A DNA stretch of 64,000 nucleotides from the human T2T-CHM13v2.0 reference genome, Homo sapiens, in NCBI RefSeq assembly GCF_009914755.1, contig NC_060925.1; one strand, written 5' to 3'. Below, piece after piece: positions 49,947 to 63,850 of this stretch. The position numbers and the translations under genes are program-made. Below the pieces are notes generated by a model. It saw only the letters and a program-made list of their open reading frames with translations, was not told where the DNA came from and ran no database searches. Every line of letters begins with the position of its first letter. Position 1 is the stretch's first letter.

Positions 49947-52900
49947 AATGAGCTCAGTGAATTGTCCAGGTGACACACTGATGAGGGAGTAACAGGACAC
50001 TCTGAGTTAGTGCCCTCAGGACACACAGCATACAGTGATCAGGAAAGGACTGTGCTCAATAATTTTCCATAAAATGTGCTCAAGTTTCCATGCAGTCGCC
50101 ATGAGAATACAGTTTTTGAAGTCTGGTCCACCTACAGTAGGTTAGTAAATGATAAGGGGAGGAAGAAATGGAAACCTAAATATCTACTGCAATGAAAACC
50201 AACAGCAATGTTAGTAGGAATAATTCAGGCTCGGTTGAAAAGATGTAATCGATAATGTCAGCCCGCCCTGTTTTCCCTGAACCAGGAGTCTCCAGATGTC
50301 AACACAGAAGTAGCTGTTCACAATTGCTCAGTTACCTGGGGCATGGTGGGCCTTGGTCTTCTTCCTCTTCCTGGTCCTTTTTAATTCCTGCAATACATTC
50401 AGACAGGGACAGACAAAATAAGCCAATTCACCTACACCCGTAACAGTCCACTGTCTAATCCCCACACAGGGATCTCAGGCTCCTCAGCAAGAGAACAGGA
50501 CAATGTGAGAGATATACTTCAGGAGGCCTGAAAGCTGGTCATGATATTCTTTGGTTTGCATCTCAGAACCAAGGGTGAAATATCCCTATTCTGGTAGATC
50601 GTTATCCCAAAATCATTTATCCCAAGTTTGTGCAAACAGTTATGCCTTATTGTTCCCATCAGTTCAAAGACAATGCCCCAGATGATTTCTAGGAGGAAAA
50701 CTGCAGTATTCAGCCCTGTCTCATCAAATGCCCAGCTCGTTCATGGATGCAAGAATTTTAGACACTGAAATTAGAATGAGGGAGGAAATCTACAAACCCT
50801 TGAGTCCAAATCATAGTTCTGTGAATTTTTTACATCTGCCTGGGTCCAATGTGCTGAGAGCGGGCTCAGGTTGCCACAGGCATGGCTGGAGACTAGGAAT
50901 AGAGCCTTGCTCACTGACCCATTTCATGTCTAGGCTTCCAGCGGAGACTACAGTTTCATTACAACCTATATGCGCCCATAGGTCCTGCCTGCGGCAATGA
51001 CATCTCTCGGGTCAGTAAGGGCCACTGGGAACAGGAATATCACCCCTATCTGGAAGACCAGGTGGAGGCTTATCACCTTCATAGTAAGGTACTCACTGTC
51101 CACGTCAAGAGCCAAGCCAAGGTACTGTTCCTCCAATGAGTAAACAGCACTTCTGTAGGGCTGGCCTAAGTCAGGCAGTTCAAGATAACCTGAAGGAGTC
51201 GAATAACATCTATCCAGGGAGTCCTGCAAGACTTCAGGCTCTTTCTCATCCAGCAGCTCCCTGCTGAGCCTGGAAAAGTAGGAAAAAGTAAAGAATAAGC
51301 CAGGGGGAATCAGAAACCACACAGCCCCAGCTACATTTCATGGCTAACATAAGGAACTGTTTAAACAGAAAAAGGACAGATCCATTAGTGAGGTAATGAA
51401 TTATTGCCTTTATGTTGGGATAGACCAGGGCCAGGTAGAAAAGAATGAAAGAGAAAGACAGGGAGAGGGAGAGGGAGAGAGAGACAGAGGAGAAAGTGAG
51501 CTCAGCGAATTGGCCGGGTGACACACTGATGAAGGGGTCAAAGGACACTCTGAGTTAGTGCCCTCGGGACACACAGAGAACAGTGATCATGAAAAGAGTG
51601 GGCTCAATAATTTTCCATAAACTTGCTTAAGATTCCATGCAGTTGCCATACAGCCTTTGAGGTATGGTCAACCTACAGTAAGTTAGTAAATGATAAGGGG
51701 AGGAAGAAATGGAAACCTAAACATCTACTGCAAGGAAAACCAACAGCAATGTCAGTAGGAGTAATTCAACCTTCGTTGAGAACATGAAATTGAACATACT
51801 CTTGTTTTCCCTGGACCTGGCATCTCCAGGTGTCAACACAGAATTAAGCATCCATAATTGCTCAAAGTTACCTGGGGCATGATGGGTCTTGGTCTTCTTC
51901 CACTTCTTGGTACTTTTCAATTTCTGCAATAAGTTCAGACATGGACAGACATATTAAGCTGGTTCTCCTACACACATAACAATCCACTGTCTAATCCTCA
52001 CACAGGGACTTCAGGCTCCTCAGCATGAGAATAGGACACTGTGAGAGATCTTCTTCAGGAGGCCTGAAGGCTGATCATGATAGAGATTCCTGGGTTTTTG
52101 TCCCAGAAACTGTGGGTAAAATTCCCTATTCTGGTAGATCGTTATCCCAAGATCATTTGTCCCAAGTTTGTGCAAATGGTTATGCCATATTTTTCCAATC
52201 GATTTAAAGCAAATGCCCCCAAATGGTTGCTGGGAGAAAAACTGCAATATTCAGCCCTGTCTCATCAAATACTCAGATTCTTCATGGTAGCGAGGATTTT
52301 AGACGCTGAAATTAGAGTGAAGGATGAAATCTACAAGATCTACAAAATTGAGACAAAATCAGAGTTGTGTGAATTTGTCACATCTGCCCAGATCCAACAT
52401 CTTGAGAGTAGGATTAGGGTGCCACAGGCATGGCCTGAGACTAGGAAGAGAGCCCTGCTCACTGACCCATCCCTTGCCTGGGCTTCCAAGTGGAACTAGA
52501 GTTTCATTCAACCTACATGTGCCTATAGGTCCTCCCTGTGGCAATGACATCTCTCAGCTCAGTAAGGGCCATTTGCAGTAGGAATATGACCCTAACCAGA
52601 AGACTCAGTGGATCCTTATCACCTTCATAGAAAGGTACTCACCATCCATGTCAAGAGCCCAGCCAACACGCTGTTGCTCCAATATGTAAAAGGCACTTCT
52701 GTAGGGCTGGCATGAGTCAGTCAGTTCAAGATAACCTGAAGGAGTTGAATAACATCTATCCAGTGAGTCCTGCAAGACTTCAGGCCCTTTCTCATCCAGC
52801 AGCTCCCTGCTGAGCCTGGAACAGTGGGAAAAAGTAAAGAATAAGCCAGGGGAAATCAGAAACCACACAGCCCCAGCTAGATTTCATGGCTAACATAAGG

Positions 52901-54616
52901 AAGAGTTTGAAAAGAAAAAGGACAGATCCATTAATGAGGTAACAAATTATTGTCTTTATGTTGGGATAGAACAGGGCCAGGTAGAAAACAATGAAAGAGA
53001 AAGACAGAGAGACAGAGACAGAGACAGAGACAGAGAGAAAGTGAGCTAGTGAATTGGCCAGGTGACATACTGGTAAGGGAGTAAAAGGACACTCTGAGTT
53101 AGTGCCCTCATGACACACAGCAAACTGCGATCATGAAAAGAGTGAGCTCAATAGTTTTCCATAAAATATGCTCAAAATTCAATGCAGTGGCCACGAGAGT
53201 ACAGCTTTTGAAGTATGGTCATCCTATGGTACGTTAGTAAATGATAAGGGGAGGAAGAAATGGAAACCTAAACATCTACTGCAATGAAAACCAACAGCAA
53301 TGACAGTAGGAGTAATTCAGCCTTCGTTGAAAACATGAAATCAAACACACTCTGGTTTCCCTGAATCTGTTGCCTCCAGGTGTTAACACAGAATTAAGCA
53401 TCCACAATTGCTGAAAGTTACCTGGGGCATGGTGGGTTTTGATCTTCTTCCCTTTCTTTTCTTCCCCTTCTCCTTCTTTTCTTCGTTGATCTTCTTCCCC
53501 TTCTTTTCTTCCCCTTCCCCTTCTTTTCAATTTCTGCAATAAATTCAGACATGGACAGACACATTAAGCTGATTCCCCTACACACATAACAATCCACTGT
53601 CTAATCCTCACACAGGGACCTCAGGCTCCTCAGCATAAGAATAGGAGACTGTGAGAGATATATTTCAGGAGGCCTGAAGGCTGGTCATGATAGAAATTCC
53701 TCGGTTTTTCTCCCAGAAACTGTGGGTAAAATGTCCCTATTCTAGTAGATCGTTATCCCAATATCATTTGTCCCGAGTTTGTGCAAACAGTTATGCCATA
53801 TTTTTCCAATCAATTTAAAGCAAATACCCTCAAATGATTTCTAGGAGAAAAACTGCAATATTTAGCCCTGTCTCATCAAATACTCAGATTGTTCATGGTT
53901 GTGAGGACTTTAGACACTGAAATTAGAGTGAAAAAGGAAATCTACAAACCCTTGAGTCAAAATCATAGTTCTCTGAATTTGTCACATCTGCCCAGGTCCA
54001 ATGTCATGAGAGTAGAATCAGAGTGCCACAGGCATGGCCTGAGACTAGGAAGAGAGCCATGCTCACTGACCCATCCCATGTCAGGGCTTCCAGTTAGAAC
54101 TAGAGTTTCATTCAACCTACATGTGCCTATAGGTCCTCACTGCAGCAATGACATCTCTCAGCTCAGTAATGGCCACTTGGAGCAGGAATATGATCTTTAT
54201 ATGGAAGACTCAGTGGATCCTTATCACCTTCATAGAAAGGTACTCACCTCCCACGTCAAGAGAAAAGCCAACATGTTTTTCCTCCAATGCATAAAAGGAA
54301 CTTCCATAGGGCAGGCAGGAGTCAGGCTGTTCAAGACAACTGGAAGGAGTTGAATAACATCTATCCAGTGAGTCCTGCAAGACTTCAGGCTCTACTGCCT
54401 CCAGCAGCTCCCTGCTGAGCCTGGAAAAGGAGGAAAAAGTAAAGAATAAGCCAGGGGAAATCAGACACAACAGAGCCCCAACTAGGTTTCATGGGTAGCA
54501 TAAGGAAGTGGTTGAAAAAGTAAAAGGAGAGATCCATTAATGAGGTAACAAATTATTGCCTTCATGTTGGGACAGAACAGGGCCAAATGGAAAAGAATGA
54601 AAGAGAAAGACAGATA

Positions 54617-54661
<45 letters not shown>

Positions 54662-57600
54662 AATGAGCTCAGTGAATTGTCCAGGTGACACACTGATGAG
54701 GGAGTAACAGGACACTCTGAGTTAGTGCCCTCAGGACACACAGCATACAGTGATCAGGAAAGGACTGTGCTCAATAATTTTCCATAAAATGTGCTCAAGT
54801 TTCCATGCAGTCGCCATGAGAATACAGTTTTTGAAGTCTGGTCCACCTACAGTAGGTTAGTAAATGATAAGGGGAGGAAGAAATGGAAACCTAAATATCT
54901 ACTGCAATGAAAACCAACAGCAATGTTAGTAGGAATAATTCAGGCTCGGTTGAAAAGATGTAATCGATAATGTCAGCCCGCCCTGTTTTCCCTGAACCAG
55001 GAGTCTCCAGATGTCAACACAGAAGTAGCTGTTCACAATTGCTCAGTTACCTGGGGCATGGTGGGCCTTGGTCTTCTTCCTCTTCCTGGTCCTTTTTAAT
55101 TCCTGCAATACATTCAGACAGGGACAGACAAAATAAGCCAATTCACCTACACCCGTAACAGTCCACTGTCTAATCCCCACACAGGGATCTCAGGCTCCTC
55201 AGCAAGAGAACAGGACAATGTGAGAGATATACTTCAGGAGGCCTGAAAGCTGGTCATGATATTCTTTGGTTTGCATCTCAGAACCAAGGGTGAAATATCC
55301 CTATTCTGGTAGATCGTTATCCCAAAATCATTTATCCCAAGTTTGTGCAAACAGTTATGCCTTATTGTTCCCATCAGTTCAAAGACAATGCCCCAGATGA
55401 TTTCTAGGAGGAAAACTGCAGTATTCAGCCCTGTCTCATCAAATGCCCAGCTCGTTCATGGATGCAAGAATTTTAGACACTGAAATTAGAATGAGGGAGG
55501 AAATCTACAAACCCTTGAGTCCAAATCATAGTTCTGTGAATTTTTTACATCTGCCTGGGTCCAATGTGCTGAGAGCGGGCTCAGGTTGCCACAGGCATGG
55601 CTGGAGACTAGGAATAGAGCCTTGCTCACTGACCCATTTCATGTCTAGGCTTCCAGCGGAGACTACAGTTTCATTACAACCTATATGCGCCCATAGGTCC
55701 TGCCTGCGGCAATGACATCTCTCGGGTCAGTAAGGGCCACTGGGAACAGGAATATCACCCCTATCTGGAAGACCAGGTGGAGGCTTATCACCTTCATAGT
55801 AAGGTACTCACTGTCCACGTCAAGAGCCAAGCCAAGGTACTGTTCCTCCAATGAGTGAACAGCACTTCTGTAGGGCTGGCCTAAGTCAGGCAGTTCAAGA
55901 TAACCTGAAGGAGTCGAATAACATCTATCCAGTGAGTCCTGCAAGACTTCAGGCTCTTTCTCATCCAGCAGCTCCCTGCTGAGCCTGGAAAAGTAGGAAA
56001 AAGTAAAGAATAAGCCAGGGGGAATCAGAAACCACACAGCCCCAGCTACATTTCATGGCTAACATAAGGAACTGTTTAAACAGAAAAAGGACAGATCCAT
56101 TAATGAGGTAATGAATTATTGCCTTTATGTTGGGATAGACCAGGGCCAGGTAGAAAAGAATGAAAGAGAAAGACAGGGAGAGGGAGAGGGAGAGAGAGAC
56201 AGAGGAGAAAGTGAGCTCAGCGAATTGGCCGGGTGACACACTGATGAAGGGGTCAAAGGACACTCTGAGTTAGTGCCCTCGGGACACACAGAGAACAGTG
56301 ATCATGAAAAGAGTGGGCTCAATAATTTTCCATAAACTTGCTTAAGATTCCATGCAGTTGCCATACAGCCTTTGAGGTATGGTCAACCTACAGTAAGTTA
56401 GTAAATGATAAGGGGAGGAAGAAATGGAAACCTAAACATCTACTGCAAGGAAAACCAACAGCAATGTCAGTAGGAGTAATTCAACCTTCGTTGAAAACAT
56501 GAAATTGAACATACTCTTGTTTTCCCTGGACCTGGCATCTCCAGGTGTCAACACAGAATTAAGCATCCATAATTGCTCAAAGTTACCTGGGGCATGATGG
56601 GTCTTGGTCTTCTTCCACTTCTTGGTACTTTTCAATTTCTGCAATAAGTTCAGACATGGACAGACATATTAAGCTGGTTCTCCTACACACATAACAATCC
56701 ACTGTCTAATCCTCACACAGGGACTTCAGGCTCCTCAGCATGAGAATAGGACACTGTGAGAGATCTTCTTCAGGAGGCCTGAAGGCTGATCATGATAGAG
56801 ATTCCTGGGTTTTTGTCCCAGAAACTGTGGGTAAAATTCCCTATTCTGGTAGATCGTTATCCCAAGATCATTTGTCCCAAGTTTGTGCAAATGGTTATGC
56901 CATATTTTTCCAATCGATTTAAAGCAAATGTCCCCAAATGGTTGCTGGGAGAAAAACTGCAATATTCAGCCCTGTCTCATCAAATACTCAGATTCTTCAT
57001 GGTAGCGAGGATTTTAGACGCTGAAATTAGAGTGAAGGATGAAATCTACAAGATCTACAAAATTGAGACAAAATCAGAGTTGTGTGAATTTGTCACATCT
57101 GCCCAGATCCAACATCTTGAGAGTAGGATTAGGGTGCCACAGGCATGGCCTGAGACTAGGAAGAGAGCCCTGCTCACTGACCCATCCCTTGCCTGGGCTT
57201 CCAAGTGGAACTAGAGTTTCATTCAACCTACATGTGCCTATAGGTCCTCCCTGTGGCAATGACATCTCTCAGCTCAGTAAGGGCCATTTGCAGTAGGAAT
57301 ATGACCCTAACCAGAAGACTCAGTGGATCCTTATCACCTTCATAGAAAGGTACTCACCATCCATGTCAAGAGCCCAGCCAACACGCTGTTGCTCCAATAT
57401 GTAACAGGCACTTCTGTAGGGCTGGCATGAGTCAGTCAGTTCAAGATAACCTGAAGGAGTTGAATAACATCTATCCAGTGAGTCCTGCAAGACTTCAGGC
57501 CCTTTCTCATCCAGCAGCTCCCTGCTGAGCCTGGAACAGTGGGAAAAAGTAAAGAATAAGCCAGGGGAAATCAGAAACCACACAGCCCCAGCTAGATTTC

Positions 57601-59331
57601 ATGGCTAACATAAGGAAGAGTTTGAAAAGAAAAAGGACAGATCCATTAATGAGGTAACAAATTATTGTCTTTATGTTGGGATAGAACAGGGCCAGGTAGA
57701 AAACAATGAAAGAGAAAGACAGAGAGACAGAGACAGAGACAGAGACAGAGAGAAAGTGAGCTAGTGAATTGGCCAGGTGACATACTGGTAAGGGAGTAAA
57801 AGGACACTCTGAGTTAGTGCCCTCATGACACACAGCAAACTGCGATCATGAAAAGAGTGAGCTCAATAGTTTTCCATAAAATATGCTCAAAATTCGATGC
57901 AGTGGCCACGAGAGTACAGCTTTTGAAGTATGGTCATCCTATGGTACGTTAGTAAATGATAAGGGGAGGAAGAAATGGAAACCTAAACATCTACTGCAAT
58001 GAAAACCAACAGCAATGACAGTAGGAGTAATTCAGCCTTCGTTGAAAACATGAAATCAAACACACTCTGGTTTCCCTGAATCTGTTGCCTCCAGGTGTTA
58101 ACACAGAATTAAGCATCCACAATTGCTGAAAGTTACCTGGGGCATGGTGGGTTTTGATCTTCTTCCCCTTCTTTTCTTCCCCTTCTCCTTCTTTTCTTCG
58201 TTGATCTTCTTCCCCTTCTTTTCTTCCCCTTCCCCTTCTTTTCAATTTCTGCAATAAATTCAGACATGGACAGACACATTAAGCTGATTCCCCTACACAC
58301 ATAACAATCCACTGTCTAATCCTCACACAGGGACCTCAGGCTCCTCAGCATAAGAATAGGAGACTGTGAGAGATATATTTCAGGAGGCCTGAAGGCTGGT
58401 CATGATAGAAATTCCTCGGTTTTTCTCCCAGAAACTGTGGGTAAAATGTCCCTATTCTAGTAGATCGTTATCCCAATATCATTTGTCCCGAGTTTGTGCA
58501 AACAGTTATGCCATATTTTTCCAATCAATTTAAAGCAAATACCCTCAAATGATTTCTAGGAGAAAAACTGCAATATTTAGCCCTGTCTCATCAAATACTC
58601 AGATTGTTCATGGTTGTGAGGACTTTAGACACTGAAATTAGAGTGAAAAAGGAAATCTACAAACCCTTGAGTCAAAATCATAGTTCTCTGAATTTGTCAC
58701 ATCTGCCCAGGTCCAATGTCATGAGAGTAGAATCAGAGTGCCACAGGCATGGCCTGAGACTAGGAAGAGAGCCATGCTCACTGACCCATCCCATGTCAGG
58801 GCTTCCAGTTAGAACTAGAGTTTCATTCAACCTACATGTGCCTATAGGTCCTCACTGCAGCAATGACATCTCTCAGCTCAGTAATGGCCACTTGGAGCAG
58901 GAATATGATCTTTATATGGAAGACTCAGTGGATCCTTATCACCTTCATAGAAAGGTACTCACCTCCCACGTCAAGAGAAAAGCCAACATGTTTTTCCTCC
59001 AATGCATAAAAGGAACTTCCATAGGGCAGGCAGGAGTCAGGCTGTTCAAGACAACTGGAAGGAGTTGAATAACATCTATCCAGTGAGTCCTGCAAGACTT
59101 CAGGCTCTACTGCCTCCAGCAGCTCCCTGCTGAGCCTGGAAAAGGAGGAAAAAGTAAAGAATAAGCCAGGGGAAATCAGACACAACAGAGCCCCAACTAG
59201 GTTTCATGGGTAGCATAAGGAAGTGGTTGAAAAAGTAAAAGGAGAGATCCATTAATGAGGTAACAAATTATTGCCTTCATGTTGGGACAGAACAGGGCCA
59301 AATGGAAAAGAATGAAAGAGAAAGACAGATA

Positions 59332-59376
<45 letters not shown>

Positions 59377-62300
59377 AATGAGCTCAGTGAATTGTCCAGG
59401 TGACACACTGATGAGGGAGTAACAGGACACTCTGAGTTAGTGCCCTCAGGACACACAGCATACAGTGATCAGGAAAGGACTGTGCTCAATAATTTTCCAT
59501 AAAATGTGCTCAAGTTTCCATGCAGTCGCCATGAGAATACAGTTTTTGAAGTCTGGTCCACCTACAGTAGGTTAGTAAATGATAAGGGGAGGAAGAAATG
59601 GAAACCTAAATATCTACTGCAATGAAAACCAACAGCAATGTTAGTAGGAATAATTCAGGCTCGGTTGAAAAGATGTAATCGATAATGTCAGCCCGCCCTG
59701 TTTTCCCTGAACCAGGAGTCTCCAGATGTCAACACAGAAGTAGCTGTTCACAATTGCTCAGTTACCTGGGGCATGGTGGGCCTTGGTCTTCTTCCTCTTC
59801 CTGGTCCTTTTTAATTCCTGCAATACATTCAGACAGGGACAGACAAAATAAGCCAATTCACCTACACCCGTAACAGTCCACTGTCTAATCCCCACACAGG
59901 GATCTCAGGCTCCTCAGCAAGAGAACAGGACAATGTGAGAGATATACTTCAGGAGGCCTGAAAGCTGGTCATGATATTCTTTGGTTTGCATCTCAGAACC
60001 AAGGGTGAAATATCCCTATTCTGGTAGATCGTTATCCCAAAATCATTTATCCCAAGTTTGTGCAAACAGTTATGCCTTATTGTTCCCATCAGTTCAAAGA
60101 CAATGCCCCAGATGATTTCTAGGAGGAAAACTGCAGTATTCAGCCCTGTCTCATCAAATGCCCAGCTCGTTCATGGATGCAAGAATTTTAGACACTGAAA
60201 TTAGAATGAGGGAGGAAATCTACAAACCCTTGAGTCCAAATCATAGTTCTGTGAATTTTTTACATCTGCCTGGGTCCAATGTGCTGAGAGCGGGCTCAGG
60301 TTGCCACAGGCATGGCTGGAGACTAGGAATAGAGCCTTGCTCACTGACCCATTTCATGTCTAGGCTTCCAGCGGAGACTACAGTTTCATTACAACCTATA
60401 TGCGCCCATAGGTCCTGCCTGCGGCAATGACATCTCTCGGGTCAGTAAGGGCCACTGGGAACAGGAATATCACCCCTATCTGGAAGACCAGGTGGAGGCT
60501 TATCACCTTCATAGTAAGGTACTCACTGTCCACGTCAAGAGCCAAGCCAAGGTACTGTTCCTCCAATGAGTGAACAGCACTTCTGTAGGGCTGGCCTAAG
60601 TCAGGCAGTTCAAGATAACCTGAAGGAGTCGAATAACATCTATCCAGTGAGTCCTGCAAGACTTCAGGCTCTTTCTCATCCAGCAGCTCCCTGCTGAGCC
60701 TGGAAAAGTAGGAAAAAGTAAAGAATAAGCCAGGGGGAATCAGAAACCACACAGCCCCAGCTACATTTCATGGCTAACATAAGGAACTGTTTAAACAGAA
60801 AAAGGACAGATCCATTAATGAGGTAATGAATTATTGCCTTTATGTTGGGATAGACCAGGGCCAGGTAGAAAAGAATGAAAGAGAAAGACAGGGAGAGGGA
60901 GAGGGAGAGAGAGACAGAGGAGAAAGTGAGCTCAGCGAATTGGCCGGGTGACACACTGATGAAGGGGTCAAAGGACACTCTGAGTTAGTGCCCTCGGGAC
61001 ACACAGAGAACAGTGATCATGAAAAGAGTGGGCTCAATAATTTTCCATAAACTTGCTTAAGATTCCATGCAGTTGCCATACAGCCTTTGAGGTATGGTCA
61101 ACCTACAGTAAGTTAGTAAATGATAAGGGGAGGAAGAAATGGAAACCTAAACATCTACTGCAAGGAAAACCAACAGCAATGTCAGTAGGAGTAATTCAAC
61201 CTTCGTTGAAAACATGAAATTGAACATACTCTTGTTTTCCCTGGACCTGGCATCTCCAGGTGTCAACACAGAATTAAGCATCCATAATTGCTCAAAGTTA
61301 CCTGGGGCATGATGGGTCTTGGTCTTCTTCCACTTCTTGGTACTTTTCAATTTCTGCAATAAGTTCAGACATGGACAGACATATTAAGCTGGTTCTCCTA
61401 CACACATAACAATCCACTGTCTAATCCTCACACAGGGACTTCAGGCTCCTCAGCATGAGAATAGGACACTGTGAGAGATCTTCTTCAGGAGGCCTGAAGG
61501 CTGATCATGATAGAGATTCCTGGGTTTTTGTCCCAGAAACTGTGGGTAAAATTCCCTATTCTGGTAGATCGTTATCCCAAGATCATTTGTCCCAAGTTTG
61601 TGCAAATGGTTATGCCATATTTTTCCAATCGATTTAAAGCAAATGTCCCCAAATGGTTGCTGGGAGAAAAACTGCAATATTCAGCCCTGTCTCATCAAAT
61701 ACTCAGATTCTTCATGGTAGCGAGGATTTTAGACGCTGAAATTAGAGTGAAGGATGAAATCTACAAGATCTACAAAATTGAGACAAAATCAGAGTTGTGT
61801 GAATTTGTCACATCTGCCCAGATCCAACATCTTGAGAGTAGGATTAGGGTGCCACAGGCATGGCCTGAGACTAGGAAGAGAGCCCTGCTCACTGACCCAT
61901 CCCTTGCCTGGGCTTCCAAGTGGAACTAGAGTTTCATTCAACCTACATGTGCCTATAGGTCCTCCCTGTGGCAATGACATCTCTCAGCTCAGTAAGGGCC
62001 ATTTGCAGTAGGAATATGACCCTAACCAGAAGACTCAGTGGATCCTTATCACCTTCATAGAAAGGTACTCACCATCCATGTCAAGAGCCCAGCCAACACG
62101 CTGTTGCTCCAATATGTAACAGGCACTTCTGTAGGGCTGGCATGAGTCAGTCAGTTCAAGATAACCTGAAGGAGTTGAATAACATCTATCCAGTGAGTCC
62201 TGCAAGACTTCAGGCCCTTTCTCATCCAGCAGCTCCCTGCTGAGCCTGGAACAGTGGGAAAAAGTAAAGAATAAGCCAGGGGAAATCAGAAACCACACAG

Positions 62301-63850
62301 CCCCAGCTAGATTTCATGGCTAACATAAGGAAGAGTTTGAAAAGAAAAAGGACAGATCCATTAATGAGGTAACAAATTATTGTCTTTATGTTGGGATAGA
62401 ACAGGGCCAGGTAGAAAACAATGAAAGAGAAAGACAGAGAGACAGAGACAGAGACAGAGACAGAGAGAAAGTGAGCTAGTGAATTGGCCAGGTGACATAC
62501 TGGTAAGGGAGTAAAAGGACACTCTGAGTTAGTGCCCTCATGACACACAGCAAACTGCGATCATGAAAAGAGTGAGCTCAATAGTTTTCCATAAAATATG
62601 CTCAAAATTCGATGCAGTGGCCACGAGAGTACAGCTTTTGAAGTATGGTCATCCTATGGTACGTTAGTAAATGATAAGGGGAGGAAGAAATGGAAACCTA
62701 AACATCTACTGCAATGAAAACCAACAGCAATGACAGTAGGAGTAATTCAGCCTTCGTTGAAAACATGAAATCAAACACACTCTGGTTTCCCTGAATCTGT
62801 TGCCTCCAGGTGTTAACACAGAATTAAGCATCCACAATTGCTGAAAGTTACCTGGGGCATGGTGGGTTTTGATCTTCTTCCCCTTCTTTTCTTCCCCTTC
62901 TCCTTCTTTTCTTCGTTGATCTTCTTCCCCTTCTTTTCTTCCCCTTCCCCTTCTTTTCAATTTCTGCAATAAATTCAGACATGGACAGACACATTAAGCT
63001 GATTCCCCTACACACATAACAATCCACTGTCTAATCCTCACACAGGGACCTCAGGCTCCTCAGCATAAGAATAGGAGACTGTGAGAGATATATTTCAGGA
63101 GGCCTGAAGGCTGGTCATGATAGAAATTCCTCGGTTTTTCTCCCAGAAACTGTGGGTAAAATGTCCCTATTCTAGTAGATCGTTATCCCAATATCATTTG
63201 TCCCGAGTTTGTGCAAACAGTTATGCCATATTTTTCCAATCAATTTAAAGCAAATACCCTCAAATGATTTCTAGGAGAAAAACTGCAATATTTAGCCCTG
63301 TCTCATCAAATACTCAGATTGTTCATGGTTGTGAGGACTTTAGACACTGAAATTAGAGTGAAAAAGGAAATCTACAAACCCTTGAGTCAAAATCATAGTT
63401 CTCTGAATTTGTCACATCTGCCCAGGTCCAATGTCATGAGAGTAGAATCAGAGTGCCACAGGCATGGCCTGAGACTAGGAAGAGAGCCATGCTCACTGAC
63501 CCATCCCATGTCAGGGCTTCCAGTTAGAACTAGAGTTTCATTCAACCTACATGTGCCTATAGGTCCTCACTGCAGCAATGACATCTCTCAGCTCAGTAAT
63601 GGCCACTTGGAGCAGGAATATGATCTTTATATGGAAGACTCAGTGGATCCTTATCACCTTCATAGAAAGGTACTCACCTCCCACGTCAAGAGAAAAGCCA
63701 ACATGTTTTTCCTCCAATGCATAAAAGGAACTTCCATAGGGCAGGCAGGAGTCAGGCTGTTCAAGACAACTGGAAGGAGTTGAATAACATCTATCCAGTG
63801 AGTCCTGCAAGACTTCAGGCTCTACTGCCTCCAGCAGCTCCCTGCTGAGC
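38426..63850 (-). CDS. NBPF1: NBPF-family gene, 3' portion (Olduvai/DUF1220 array: partial triplet + 5 HLS1-HLS2-HLS3 triplets + CON3); 5' end lies beyond the window
   Basis: Repeated RLSRELL...[16 protein letters not shown]...LD[V/M] exons with AG/GT boundaries, all in frame; C-terminus [26 protein letters not shown] is NBPF1-like; exact paralog uncertain. Confidence 0.93.
40106..44107 (-). CDS. NBPF1: Olduvai triplet U1: exons 43996-44107, 43217-43389, 42446-42497, 41671-41843, 40910-40961, 40106-40278
   Basis: Exon sizes 112/173/52/173/52/173 = 735 nt = 245 codons; canonical splice sites read directly. Confidence 0.93.
44822..48820 (-). CDS. NBPF1: Olduvai triplet U2: exons 48709-48820, 47930-48102, 47159-47210, 46386-46558, 45625-45676, 44822-44994
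   Basis: Near-identical copy of U1; coordinates by offset from the ORF track, spot-checked. Confidence 0.9.
49535..53533 (-). CDS. NBPF1: Olduvai triplet U3: exons 53422-53533, 52643-52815, 51872-51923, 51097-51269, 50336-50387, 49535-49707
   Basis: As U2. Confidence 0.9.
54248..58248 (-). CDS. NBPF1: Olduvai triplet U4: exons 58137-58248, 57358-57530, 56587-56638, 55812-55984, 55051-55102, 54248-54420
   Basis: As U2. Confidence 0.9.
58963..62963 (-). CDS. NBPF1: Olduvai triplet U5: exons 62852-62963, 62073-62245, 61302-61353, 60527-60699, 59766-59817, 58963-59135
   Basis: As U2. Confidence 0.9.
63678..63850 (-). CDS. NBPF1: HLS3 large exon of a sixth triplet (array continues past the window)
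   Basis: [58 protein letters not shown]. Confidence 0.9.

Noticed and set aside
39747-63783. Recurrent plus-strand ORFs (154, 140, 90, 85 aa) conserved in every unit
   Set aside because: Antisense to NBPF introns/exons; conservation only reflects near-identical tandem copies
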